From assembly GCF_009914755.1 (NCBI RefSeq), contig NC_060941.1: a DNA stretch of 64,000 bases; one strand, given 5' to 3'. Numbering within the stretch: the stretch's first letter is position 1; the number at the start of each line of letters is the position of its first letter. The notes beneath the pieces were generated by a model. It saw only the letters and a program-made list of their open reading frames with translations, made no database searches and had not been told where the DNA came from. Origin of the DNA: the human T2T-CHM13v2.0 reference genome, Homo sapiens. Below, one piece after another: positions 12,290 to 24,500 of this stretch. Position numbers and translations under genes: made by a program.

Positions 12290-15200
12290 GTTTTGCAACT
12301 CTCTTTCTCTGGAATCTGCAAGGGGACATGCAGACCTCTTTGAAGGTTTCGTTGGAAACGGAATCATCTTCACATAAAAATTACACGGAAGCATCCTCAG
12401 GAACTCCTTGGTGATGTTTGTATTCAACTTCCAGAGTTGAACTTTCCTTCGGAAAGAGCAGCTATGAAACACTCTTTTTCTAGAATCTGCAAGTGGACAT
12501 TGGGAGGGCTGTGAGGTTTGTGGTGGAAAAGGAAATATCTCCACATAAATACTAGATAGAAGCCTTCTCAGAAACTACTTTGTGATGACTGCATTCACCT
12601 CACGGAGTGGAGCATTCCTATTGACAGAGCAGTTTGGAAACACTCTTCTTGTAGAATCGGCTAGTGGAGAGTTGGAGCGCTTTGAGGCCTATGGTAGTAA
12701 AGGGAAGAGCTTCACATAAAATCTAGACAGAAGCATTCTCAGAAAATACTTTGTGATGATTGAGTTTAACACACAGAGCTGAACATTCCTTTGGATGGAG
12801 AAGGTTTGAAACACACTTTCTGTAGAATCTGCGAGTGGATATTTGGACCTCTCTGAGGATTTCGTTGGAAACGGGATAACTGCACCTAACTAAACGGAAG
12901 CATTCTCACAAAATTCTTCGTGATGTTTGCATTCAAATCCCAGAGTTGAACCTTCCTTTGATAGTTCAGCTTTGAAACACTCTTTTTGTAGGTTCTGCAG
13001 GTGGATATTTGGACCACTCTTTGGCTTTCGTTCGAAACGGGTACATCTTCAAATAAAATCTAGACAGAAGCCTTCTCAGAAACTTCTCTGTGACGATTGC
13101 ATTCAACTCAGAGAGTTGAACCCTCCTATGGATAGAGCAGTTTTGAATCTCTCTTTTTGTGGAATCTGCAAGTGGATATGTGGTCCTCTTTGAAGATGTC
13201 TTTGGAAACGGGAATATCTTCACATAAAAACTAAACAGAAGCATTCTCAGAAACTTCTCTGTGATGTTTGTGTTCAACTCACAGAGTTTCACGTTGCTTT
13301 TCATAGAGCAGATGAGAAACATGCTTTTCGTAGGGTATGCAAGTGGACATTTGGAGAGCTTTCAGGCCTGTGGTGGAAAACGAATTATCGTCACGTAAAA
13401 ACTAGAGAGAAGCATTGTCAGAAACTCGTTTGTGATGACTGCATTCAACTCACAGAGTTGAAGGTTCCTTTTCAAACAGCAGTTTCCAAACACTCTTTCT
13501 GTGGCATCTGCAAGTGGATGTTTGGGCCTCTTTGAAGATTTCGTTGGAAACGGGATAATCTTCACAGAAAAGCTAAACAGAAGCATGCTCAGAAACTTCT
13601 TTGTGATGTTTGCTTTCAACTCACAGAGTTGAACTTTCCTTTTGAGAGAGAAGCTTTGAAACACTCTTTTTCTAGAATCTGCAAGTGGATATTTGGAGGG
13701 CTTTGAGGCCTGAGGTGGAACAGGAATTATCTTCCCTTAAGAACTAGATAGATGCATTCTCAGAAACTACTTTGTGACGATTGCATTCAAGTCACAGAGG
13801 TGAACATTCCCTTTCAGAGAGCACTTTGGAAACTCTCGTTGTGTAGAATCTGCAAGTGGAGATATGGACCGCTTTGAGGCCTATGGTAGTAAAGGAAACA
13901 GCTTCATATAAAAACTAGACAGCAGCATTCTCAGAAAACTCTTTGTGACGACTGAGTTTAACTCACAGGGCTGAACATTCCTTTGGATGGAGCAGTTTGG
14001 AAACACACTATCTGTAGGATCTGCAAGCGGATTCTTGGGCCTCCCTGAGGATTTCGTTGGAAACGGGATAAACCGCACAGAACTAAACAGAAGCATTCTC
14101 AGAACCTTCTTCGTGATGTTTGCATTCAACCCACAGTGTTGAACCTTTCTTTGATAGTTCAGGTTTGAAACACTCTTTTTGTAGAAACTGCAAGTGGATA
14201 ACTGCACTTCTTTGAGGCCTATCGTAGTAAAGGAAATAACTTCCTATAAAAACAAGACAGAAGCTTTCTCAGAAAATTCTCTGGGATGATTGAGTTGAAC
14301 TCACAGAGCAGTACTTTCCTTGGGATGGAGTAGTTTCGAAACACACTTTCTGTAGAATCTGCAAGTGGATATTTGGACCTGTCTGAGGAATTCGTTGCAA
14401 ACGGGATAATTTCAGCTAAGTAAACAGAAGCAGTCTCAGAATCTTCTTGTGATGTTTGCATTCAAATCCCAGAATGGAACCTTCCTTTGAAAGTTCAGGT
14501 TGGAAACACTCTTTTTGCAGGATCTACAAGTGGATATTCGGACCACTCTGTGGACTTCGTTCGAAACGGGTATATCTTCACATAACATCTAGACAGAAGC
14601 ATTCTCAGAAACTTTTCTGTGATGACTGCATTCAACTCACAGAGTTGAACACTCCTTTTGAGAGCGCAGTTTTGAAACTCTCTTTCTCTGGAATCTGCAA
14701 GGGGACATGCAGACCTCTTTGAAGGTTTCGTTGGAAACGGAATCATCTTCACATAAAAATTACACGGAAGCATCCTCAGGAACTCCTTGGTGATGTTTGT
14801 ATTCAACTTCCAGAGTTGAACTTTCCTTCGGAAAGAGCAGCTATGAAACACTCTTTTTCTAGAATCTGCAAGTGGACATTGGGAGGGCTGTGAGGTTTGT
14901 GGTGGAAAAGGAAATATCTCCACATAAATACTAGATAGAAGCCTTCTCAGAAACTACTTTGTGATGACTGCATTCACCTCACGGAGTGGAGCATTCCTAT
15001 TGACAGAGCAGTTTGGAAACACTCTTCTTGTAGAATCGGCTAGTGGAGATTTGGAGCGCTTTGAGGCCTATGGTAGTAAAGGGAAGAGCTTCACATAAAA
15101 TCTAGACAGAAGCATTCTCAGAAAATTCTTTGTGATGATTGTGTTTAACACATAGAGCTGAACATTCCTTTGGAGGGAGAAGGTTTGAAACACACTTTCT

Positions 15201-18200
15201 GTAGAATCTGCGAGTGGATATTTGGACCTCTCTGAGGATTTCGTTGGAAACGGGATAACTGCACCTAACTAAACGGAAGCATTCTCACAAAATTCTTTGT
15301 GATGTTTGCATTCAAATCCCAGAGTTGAACCTTCCTTTGATAGTTCAGCTTTGAAACACTCTTTTTGTAGGTTCTGCAGGTGGATATTTGGACCCCTCTT
15401 TGGCCTTCGTTCGAAACGGGTACATCTTCAAATAAAATCTAGACAGAAGCCTTCTCAGAAACTTCTCTGTGACGATTGCATTCAACACAAAGCGTTGAAC
15501 CCTCCTATGGATAGAGCAGTTTTGAATCTCTCTTTTTGTGGAATCTGCAAGTGGATATGTGGTCCTCTTTGAAGATGTCTTTGGAAACGGGAATATCTTC
15601 ACATAAAAACTAAACAGAAGCATTCTCAGAAACTTCTCTGTGATGTTTGTGTTCAACTCACAGAGTTTCACGTTGCTTTTCATAGAGCAGATGAGAAACA
15701 TGCTTTTCGTAGGGTCTGCAAGTGGACATTTGGAGAGCTTTCAGGCCTGTGGTGGAAAACGAATTATCGTCACGTAAAAACTAGAGGGAAGCATTGTCAG
15801 AAACTTGTTTGTGATGACTGCATTCAACTCACAGAGTTGAAGGTTCCTTTTCAAACAGCAGTTTCCAAACACTCTTTCTGTGGCATCTGCAAGTGGATGT
15901 TTGGGCCTCTTTGAAGATTTCGTTGGAAACGGGATAATCTTCACAGAAAAGCTAAACAGAAGCATGCTCAGAAACTTCTTTGTGATGTTTGCTTTCAACT
16001 CACAGAGTTGAACTTTCCTTTTGAGAGAGAAGCTTTGAAACACTCTTTTTCTAGAATCTGCAAGTGGATATTTGGAGGGCTTTGAGGCCTGAGGTGGAAC
16101 AGGAATTATCTTCCCGTAAGAACTAGATAGATGCATTCTCAGAAACTACTTTGTGACGATTGCATTCAAGTCACAGAGGTGAACATTCCCTTTCAGAGAG
16201 CACTTTGGAAACTCTCGTTGTGTAGAATCTGCAAGTGGAGATATGGACCGCTTTGAGGCCTATGGTAGTAAAGGAAACAGCTTCATATAAAAACTAGACA
16301 GCAGCATTCTCAGAAAACTCTTTGTGACGACTGAGTTTAACTCACAGGGCTGAACATTCCTTTGGATGGAGCAGTTTGGAAACACACTATCTGTAGGATC
16401 TGCAAGCGGATTCTTGGGCCTCCCTGAGGATTTCGTGGGAAACGGGATAAACCGCACAGAACTAAACAGAAGCATTCTCAGAACCTTCTTCGTGATGTTT
16501 GCATTCAACCCACAGTGTTGAACCTTTCTTTGATAGTTCAGGTTTGAAACACTCTTTTTGTAGAAACTGCAAGTGGATAACTGCACTTCTTTGAGGCCTA
16601 TCGTAGTAAAGGAAATAACTTCCTATAAAAACAAGACAGAAGCTTTCTCAGAAAATTCTCTGGGATGATTGAGTTGAACTCACAGAGCAGTACTTTCCTT
16701 GGGATGGAGTAGTTTCAAAACACACTTTCTGTAGAATCTGCAAGTGGATATTTGGACCTGTCTGAGGAATTCGTTGCAAACGGGATAATTTCAGCTAAGT
16801 AAACAGAAGCAGTCTCAGAATCTTCTTGTGATGTTTGCATTCAAATCCCAGAATGGAACCTTCCTTTGAAAGTTCAGGTTGGAAACACTCTTTTTGCAGG
16901 ATCTACAAGTGGATATTCGGACCACTCTGTGGACTTCGTTCGAAACGGGTATATCTTCACATAACATCTAGACAGAAGCATTCTCAGAAACTTTTCTGTG
17001 ATGACTGCATTCAACTCACAGAGTTGAACACTCCTTTTGAGAGCGCAGTTTTGCAACTCTCTTTCTCTGGAATCTGCAAGGGGACATGCAGACCTCTTTG
17101 AAGGTTTCGTTGGAAACGGAATCATCTTCACATAAAAATTACACGGAAGCATCCTCAGGAACTCCTTGGTGATGTTTTTATTCAACTTCCAGAGTTGAAC
17201 TTTCCTTCGGAAAGAGCAGCTATGAAACACTCTTTTTCTAGAATCTGCAAGTGGACATTGGGAGGGCTGTGAGGTTTGTGGTGGAAAAGGAAATATCTCC
17301 ACATAAATACTAGATAGAAGCCTTCTCAGTAACTACTTTGTGATGACTGCATTCACCTCACGGAGTGGAGCATTCCTATTGACAGAGCAGTTTGGAAACA
17401 CTCTTCTTGTAGAATCGGCTAGTGGAGAGTTGGAGCGCTTTGAGGCCTATGGTAGTAAAGGGAAGAGCTTCACATAAAATCTAGACAGAAGCATTCTCAG
17501 AAAATACTTTGTGATGATTGAGTTTAACACACAGAGCTGAACATTCCTTTGGATGGAGAAGGTTTGAAACACACTTTCTGTAGAATCTGCGAGTGGATAT
17601 TTGGACCTCTCTGAGGATTTCGTTGGAAACGGGATAACTGCACCTAACTAAACGGAAGCATTCTCACAAAATTCTTTGTGATGTTTGCATTCAAATCCCA
17701 GAGTTGAACCTTCCTTTGATAGTTCAGCTTTGAAACACTCTTTCTGTAGGTTCTGCAGGTGGATATTTGGACCACTCTTTGGCCTTCGTTCGAAACGGGT
17801 ACATCTTCAAATAAAATCTAGACAGAAGCCTTCTCAGAAACTTCTCTGTGACGATTGCATTCAACTCAGAGAGTTGAACCCTCCTATGGATAGAGCAGTT
17901 TTGAATCTCTCTTTTTGTGGAATCTGCAAGTGGATATGTGGTCCTCTTTGAAGATGTCTTTGGAAACGGGAATATCTTCACATAAAAACTAAACAGAAGC
18001 ATTCTCAGAAACTTCTCTGTGATGTTTGTGTTCAACTCACAGAGTTTCACGTTGCTTTTCATAGAGCAGATGAGAAACATGCTTTTCGTAGGGTCTGCAA
18101 GTGGACATTTGGAGAGCTTTCAGGCCTGTGGTGGAAAACGAATTATCGTCACGTAAAAACTAGAGAGAAGCATTGTCAGAAACTTGTTTGTGATGACTGC

Positions 18201-20600
18201 ATTCAACTCACAGAGTTGAAGGTTCCTTTTCAAACAGCAGTTTCCAAACACTCTTTCTGTGGCATCTGCAAGTGGATGTTTGGGCCTCTTTGAAGATTTC
18301 GTTGGAAACGGGATAATCTTCACAGAAAAGCTAAACAGAAGCATGCTCAGAAACTTCTTTGTGATGTTTGCTTTCAACTCACAGAGTTGAACTTTCCTTT
18401 TGAGAGAGAAGCTTTGAAACACTCTTTTTCTAGAATCTGCAAGTGGATATTTGGAGGGCTTTGAGGCCTGAGGTGGAACAGGAATTATCTTCCCTTAAGA
18501 ACTAGATAGATGCATTCTCAGAAACTACTTTGTGACGATTGCATTCAAGTCACAGAGGTGAACATTCCCTTTCAGAGAGCACTTTGGAAACTCTCGTTGT
18601 GTAGAATCTGCAAGTGGAGATATGGACCGCTTTGAGGCCTATGGTAGTAAAGGAAACAGCTTCATATAAAAACTAGACAGCAGCATTCTCAGAAAACTCT
18701 TTGTGACGACTGAGTTTAACTCACAGGGCTGAACATTCCTTTGGATGGAGCAGTTTGGAAACACACTATCTGTAGGATCTGCAAGCGGATTCTTGGGCCT
18801 CCCTGAGGATTTCGTTGGAAACAGGATAAACCGCACAGAACTAAACAGAAGCATTCTCAGAACCTTCTTCGTGATGTTTGCATTCAACCCACAGTGTTGA
18901 ACCTTTCTTTGATAGTTCAGGTTTGAAACACTCTTTTTGTAGAAACTGCAAGTGGATAACTGCACTTCTTTGAGGCCTATCGTAGTAAAGGAAATAACTT
19001 CCTATAAAAACAAGACAGAAGCTTTCTCAGAAAATTCTCTGGGATGATTGAGTTGAACTCACAGAGCAGTACTTTCCTTGGGATGGAGTAGTTTCGAAAC
19101 ACACTTTCTGTAGAATCTGCAAGTGGATATTTGGACCTGTCTGAGGAATTCGTTGCAAACGGGATAATTTCAGCTAAGTAAACAGAAGCAGTCTCAGAAT
19201 CTTCTTGTGATGTTTGCATTCAAATCCCAGAATGGAACCTTCCTTTGAAAGTTCAGGTTGGAAACACTCTTTTTGCAGGATCTACAAGTGGATATTCGGA
19301 CCACTCTGTGGACTTCGTTCGAAACGGGTATATCTTCACATAACATCTAGACAGAAGCATTCTCAGAAACTTTTCTGTGATGACTGCATTCAACTCACAG
19401 AGTTGAACACTCCTTTTGAGAGCGCAGTTTTGAAACTCTCTTTCTCTGGAATCTGCAAGGGGACATGCAGACCTCTTTGAAGGTTTCGTTGGAAACGGAA
19501 TCATCTTCACATAAAAATTACACGGAAGCATCCTCAGGAACTCCTTGGTGATGTTTGTATTCAACTTCCAGAGTTGAACTTTCCTTCGGAAAGAGCAGCT
19601 ATGAAACACTCTTTTTCTAGAATCTGCAAGTGGACATTGGGAGGGCTGTGAGGTTTGTGGTGGAAAAGGAAATATCTCCACATAAATACTAGATAGAAGC
19701 CTTCTCAGAAACTACTTTGTGATGACTGCATTCACCTCACGGAGTGGAGCATTCCTATTGACAGAGCAGTTTGGAAACACTCTTCTTGTAGAATCGGCTA
19801 GTGGAGATTTGGAGCGCTTTGAGGCCTATGGTAGTAAAGGGAAGAGCTTCACATAAAATCTAGACAGAAGCATTCTCAGAAAATTCTTTGTGATGATTGT
19901 GTTTAACACATAGAGCTGAACATTCCTTTGGAGGGAGAAGGTTTGAAACACACTTTCTGTAGAATCTGCGAGTGGATATTTGGACCTCTCTGAGGATTTC
20001 GTTGGAAACGGGATAACTGCACCTAACTAAACGGAAGCATTCTCACAAAATTCTTTGTGATGTTTGCATTCAAATCCCAGAGTTGAACCTTCCTTTGATA
20101 GTTCAGCTTTGAAACACTCTTTTTGTAGGTTCTGCAGGTGGATATTTGGACCCCTCTTTGGCCTTCGTTCGAAACGGGTACATCTTCAAATAAAATCTAG
20201 ACAGAAGCCTTCTCAGAAACTTCTCTGTGACGATTGCATTCAACACAAAGCGTTGAACCCTCCTATGGATAGAGCAGTTTTGAATCTCTCTTTTTGTGGA
20301 ATCTGCAAGTGGATATGTGGTCCTCTTTGAAGATGTCTTTGGAAACGGGAATATCTTCACATAAAAACTAAACAGAAGCATTCTCAGAAACTTCTCTGTG
20401 ATGTTTGTGTTCAACTCACAGAGTTTCACGTTGCTTTTCATAGAGCAGATGAGAAACATGCTTTTCGTAGGGTCTGCAAGTGGACATTTGGAGAGCTTTC
20501 AGGCCTGTGGTGGAAAACGAATTATCGTCACGTAAAAACTAGAGGGAAGCATTGTCAGAAACTTGTTTGTGATGACTGCATTCAACTCACAGAGTTGAAG
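12290..20600 (+). repeat. Two-HOR (4758 bp) duplication: U6-U7 / U8-U9
   Basis: Rare variants 4758 bp apart: TTGCAACT 12296/17054, CCCTTAAG 13737/18495, variant cluster 15127-15175/19885-19933, GAGGGAAG 15787/20545. Confidence 0.85.
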
Positions 20601-21524
20601 GTTCCTTTTCAAACAGCAGTTTCCAAACACTCTTTCTGTGGCATCTGCAAGTGGATGTTTGGGCCTCTTTGAAGATTTCGTTGGAAACGGGATAATCTTC
20701 ACAGAAAAGCTAAACAGAAGCATGCTCAGAAACTTCTTTGTGATGTTTGCTTTCAACTCACAGAGTTGAACTTTCCTTTTGAGAGAGAAGCTTTGAAACA
20801 CTCTTTTTCTAGAATCTGCAAGTGGATATTTGGAGGGCTTTGAGGCCTGAGGTGGAACAGGAATTATCTTCCCGTAAGAACTAGATAGATGCATTCTCAG
20901 AAACTACTTTGTGACGATTGCATTCAAGTCACAGAGGTGAACATTCCCTTTCAGAGAGCACTTTGGAAACTCTCGTTGTGTAGAATCTGCAAGTGGAGAT
21001 ATGGACCGCTTTGAGGCCTATGGTAGTAAAGGAAACAGCTTCATATAAAAACTAGACAGCAGCATTCTCAGAAAACTCTTTGTGACGACTGAGTTTAACT
21101 CACAGGGCTGAACATTCCTTTGGATGGAGCAGTTTGGAAACACACTATCTGTAGGATCTGCAAGCGGATACTTGGGCCTCCCTGAGGATTTCGTGGGAAA
21201 CGGGATAAACCGCACAGAACTAAACAGAAGCATTCTCAGAACCTTCTTCGTGATGTTTGCATTCAACCCACAGTGTTGAACCTTTCTTTGATAGTTCAGG
21301 TTTGAAACACTCTTTTTGTAGAAACTGCAAGTGGATAACTGCACTTCTTTGAGGCCTATCGTAGTAAAGGAAATAACTTCCTATAAAAACAAGACAGAAG
21401 CTTTCTCAGAAAATTCTCTGGGATGATTGAGTTGAACTCACAGAGCAGTACTTTCCTTGGGATGGAGTAGTTTCGAAACACACTTTCTGTAGAATCTGCA
21501 AGTGGATATTTGGACCTGTCTGAG

Positions 21525-24500
21525 GAATTCGTTGCAAACGGGATAATTTCAGCTAAGTAAACAGAAGCAGTCTCAGAATCTTCTTGTGATGTTTGCATTC
21601 AAATCCCAGAATTGAACCTTCCTTTGAAAGTTCAGGTTGGAAACACTCTTTCTGCAGGATCTACAAGTGGATATTCGGACCACTCTGTGGACTTCGTTCG
21701 AAACGGGTATATCTTCACATAACATCTAGACAGAAGCATTCTCAGAAACTTTTCTGTGATGACTGCATTCAACTCACAGAGTTGAACACTCCTTTTGAGA
21801 GCGCAGTTTTGAAACTCTCTTTCTCTGGAACCTGCAAGGGGACATGCAGACCTCTTTGAAGGTTTCGTTGGAAACGGAATCATCTTCACATAAAAATTAC
21901 ACAGAAGCATCCTCAGGAACTCCTTGGTGATGTTTGTATTCAACTTCCAGAGTTGAACTTTCCTTCGGAAAGAGCAGCTATGAAACACTCTTTTTCTAGA
22001 ATCTGCAAGTGGACATTGGGAGGGCTGTGAGGTTTGTGGTGGAAAAGGAAATATCTCCACATAAATACTAGATAGAAGCCTTCTCAGAAACTACTTTGTG
22101 ATGACTGCATTCACCTCACGGAGTGGAGCATTCCTATTGACAGAGCAGTTTGGAAACACTCTTCTTGTAGAATCGGCTAGTGGAGATTTGGAGCGCTTTG
22201 AGGCCTATGGTAGTAAAGGGAAGAGCTTCACATAAAATCTAGACAGAAGCATTCTCAGAAAATACTTTGTGATGATTGAGTTTAACACACAGAGCTGAAC
22301 ATTCCTTTGGATGGAGAAGGTTTGAAACACACTTTCTGTAGAATCTGCGAGTGGATATTTGGACCTCTCTGAGGATTTCGTTGGAAACGGGATAACTGCA
22401 CCTAACTAAACGGAAGCATTCTCACAAAATTCTTTGTGATGTTTGCATTCAAATCCCAGAGTTGAACCTTCCTTTGATAGTTCAGCTTTGAAACACTCTT
22501 TTTGTAGGTTCTGCAGGTGGATATTTGGACCACTCTTTGGCCTTCGTTCGAAACGGGTACATCTTCAAATAAAATCTAGACAGAAGCCTTCTCAGAAACT
22601 TCTCTGTGACGATTGCATTCAACTCAGAGAGTTGAACCCTCCTATGGATAGAGCAGTTTTGAATCTCTCTTTTTGTGGAATCTGCAAGTGGATATGTGGT
22701 CCTCTTCGAAGATGTCTTTGGAAACGGGAATATCTTCACATAAAAACTAAACAGAAGCATTCTCAGAAACTTCTCTGTGATGTTTGTGTTCAACTCACAG
22801 AGTTTCACGTTGCTTTTCATAGAGCAGATGAGAAACATGCTTTTCGTAGGGTCTGCAAGTGGACATTTGGAGAGCTTTCAGGCCTGTGGTGGAAAACGAA
22901 TTATCGTCACGTAAAAACTAGAGAGAAGCATTGTCAGAAACTTCTTTGTGATGACTGCATTCAACTCACAGAGTTGAAGGTTCCTTTTCAAACAGCAGTT
23001 TCCAAACACTCTTTCTGTGGCATCTGCAAGTGGATGTTTGGGCCTCTTTGAAGATTTCGTTGGAAACGGGATAATCTTCACAGAAAAGCTAAACAGAAGC
23101 ATGCTCAGAAACTTCTTTGTGATGTTTGCTTTCAACTCACAGAGTTGAACTTTCCTTTTGAGAGAGAAGCTTTGAAACACTCTTTTTCTAGAATCTGCAA
23201 GTGGATATTTGGAGGGCTTTGAGGCCTGAGGTGGAACAGGAATTATCTTCCCGTAAGAACTAGATAGATGCATTCTCAGAAACTACTTTGTGACGATTGC
23301 ATTCAAGTCACAGAGGTGAACATTCCCTTTCAGAGAGCACTTTGGAAACTCTCGTTGTGTAGAATCTGCAAGTGGAGATATGGACCGCTTTGAGGCCTAT
23401 GGTAGTAAAGGAAACAGCTTCATATAAAAACTAGACAGCAGCATTCTCAGAAAACTCTTTGTGACGACTGAGTTTAACTCACAGGGCTGAACATTCCTTT
23501 GGATGGAGCAGTTTGGAAACACACTATCTGTAGGATCTGCAAGCGGATACTTGGGCCTCCCTGAGGATTTCGTTGGAAACGGGATAAACCGCACAGAACT
23601 AAACAGAAGCATTCTCAGAACCTTCTTCGTGATGTTTGCATTCAACCCACAGTGTTGAACCTTTCTTTGATAGTTCAGGTTTGAAACACTCTTTTCGTAG
23701 AAACTGCAAGTGGATAACTGCACTTCTTTGAGGCCTATCGTAGTAAAGGAAATAACTTCCTATAAAAACAAGACAGAAGCTTTCTCAGAAAATTCTCTGG
23801 GATGATTGAGTTGAACTCACAGAGCAGTACTTTCCTTGGGATGGAGTAGTTTCAAAACACACTTTCTGTAGAATCTGCAAGTGGATATTTGGACCTGTCT
23901 GAGGAATTCGTTGCAAACGGGATAATTTCAGCTAAGTAAACAGAAGCAGTCTCAGAATCTTCTTGTGATGTTTGCATTCAAATCCCAGAATGAAACCTTC
24001 CTTTGAAAGTTCAGGTTGGAAACACTCTTTTTGCAGGATCTACAAGGGGATATTCGGACCACTCTGTGGACTTCGTTCGAAACGGGTATATCTTCACATA
24101 ACATCTAGACAGAAGCATTCTCAGAAACTTTTCTGTGATGACTGCATTCAACTCACAGAGTTGAACACTCCTTTTGAGAGCGCAGTTTTGAAACTCTCTT
24201 TCTCTGGAATCTGCAAGGGGACATGCAGACCTCTTTGAAGGTTTCGTTGGAAACGGAATCATCTTCACATAAAAATTACACAGAAGCATCCTCAGGAACT
24301 CTTTGGTGATGTTTGTATTCAACTTCCAGAGTTGAACTTTCCTTCGGAAAGAGCAGCTATGAAACACTCTTTTTCTAGAATCTGCAAGTGGACATTGGGA
24401 GGGCTGTGAGGTTTGTGGTGGAAAAGGAAATATCTCCACATAAATACTAGATAGAAGCCTTCTCAGAAACTACTTTGTGATGACTGCATTCACCTCACGG

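Noticed and set aside
22443-23051. Unique 202-aa ORF, the longest in the window
   Set aside because: Created by one T>C change (CTTTGA>CTTCGA, about 22707) that removes a stop codon; absent from the duplicate unit U13.
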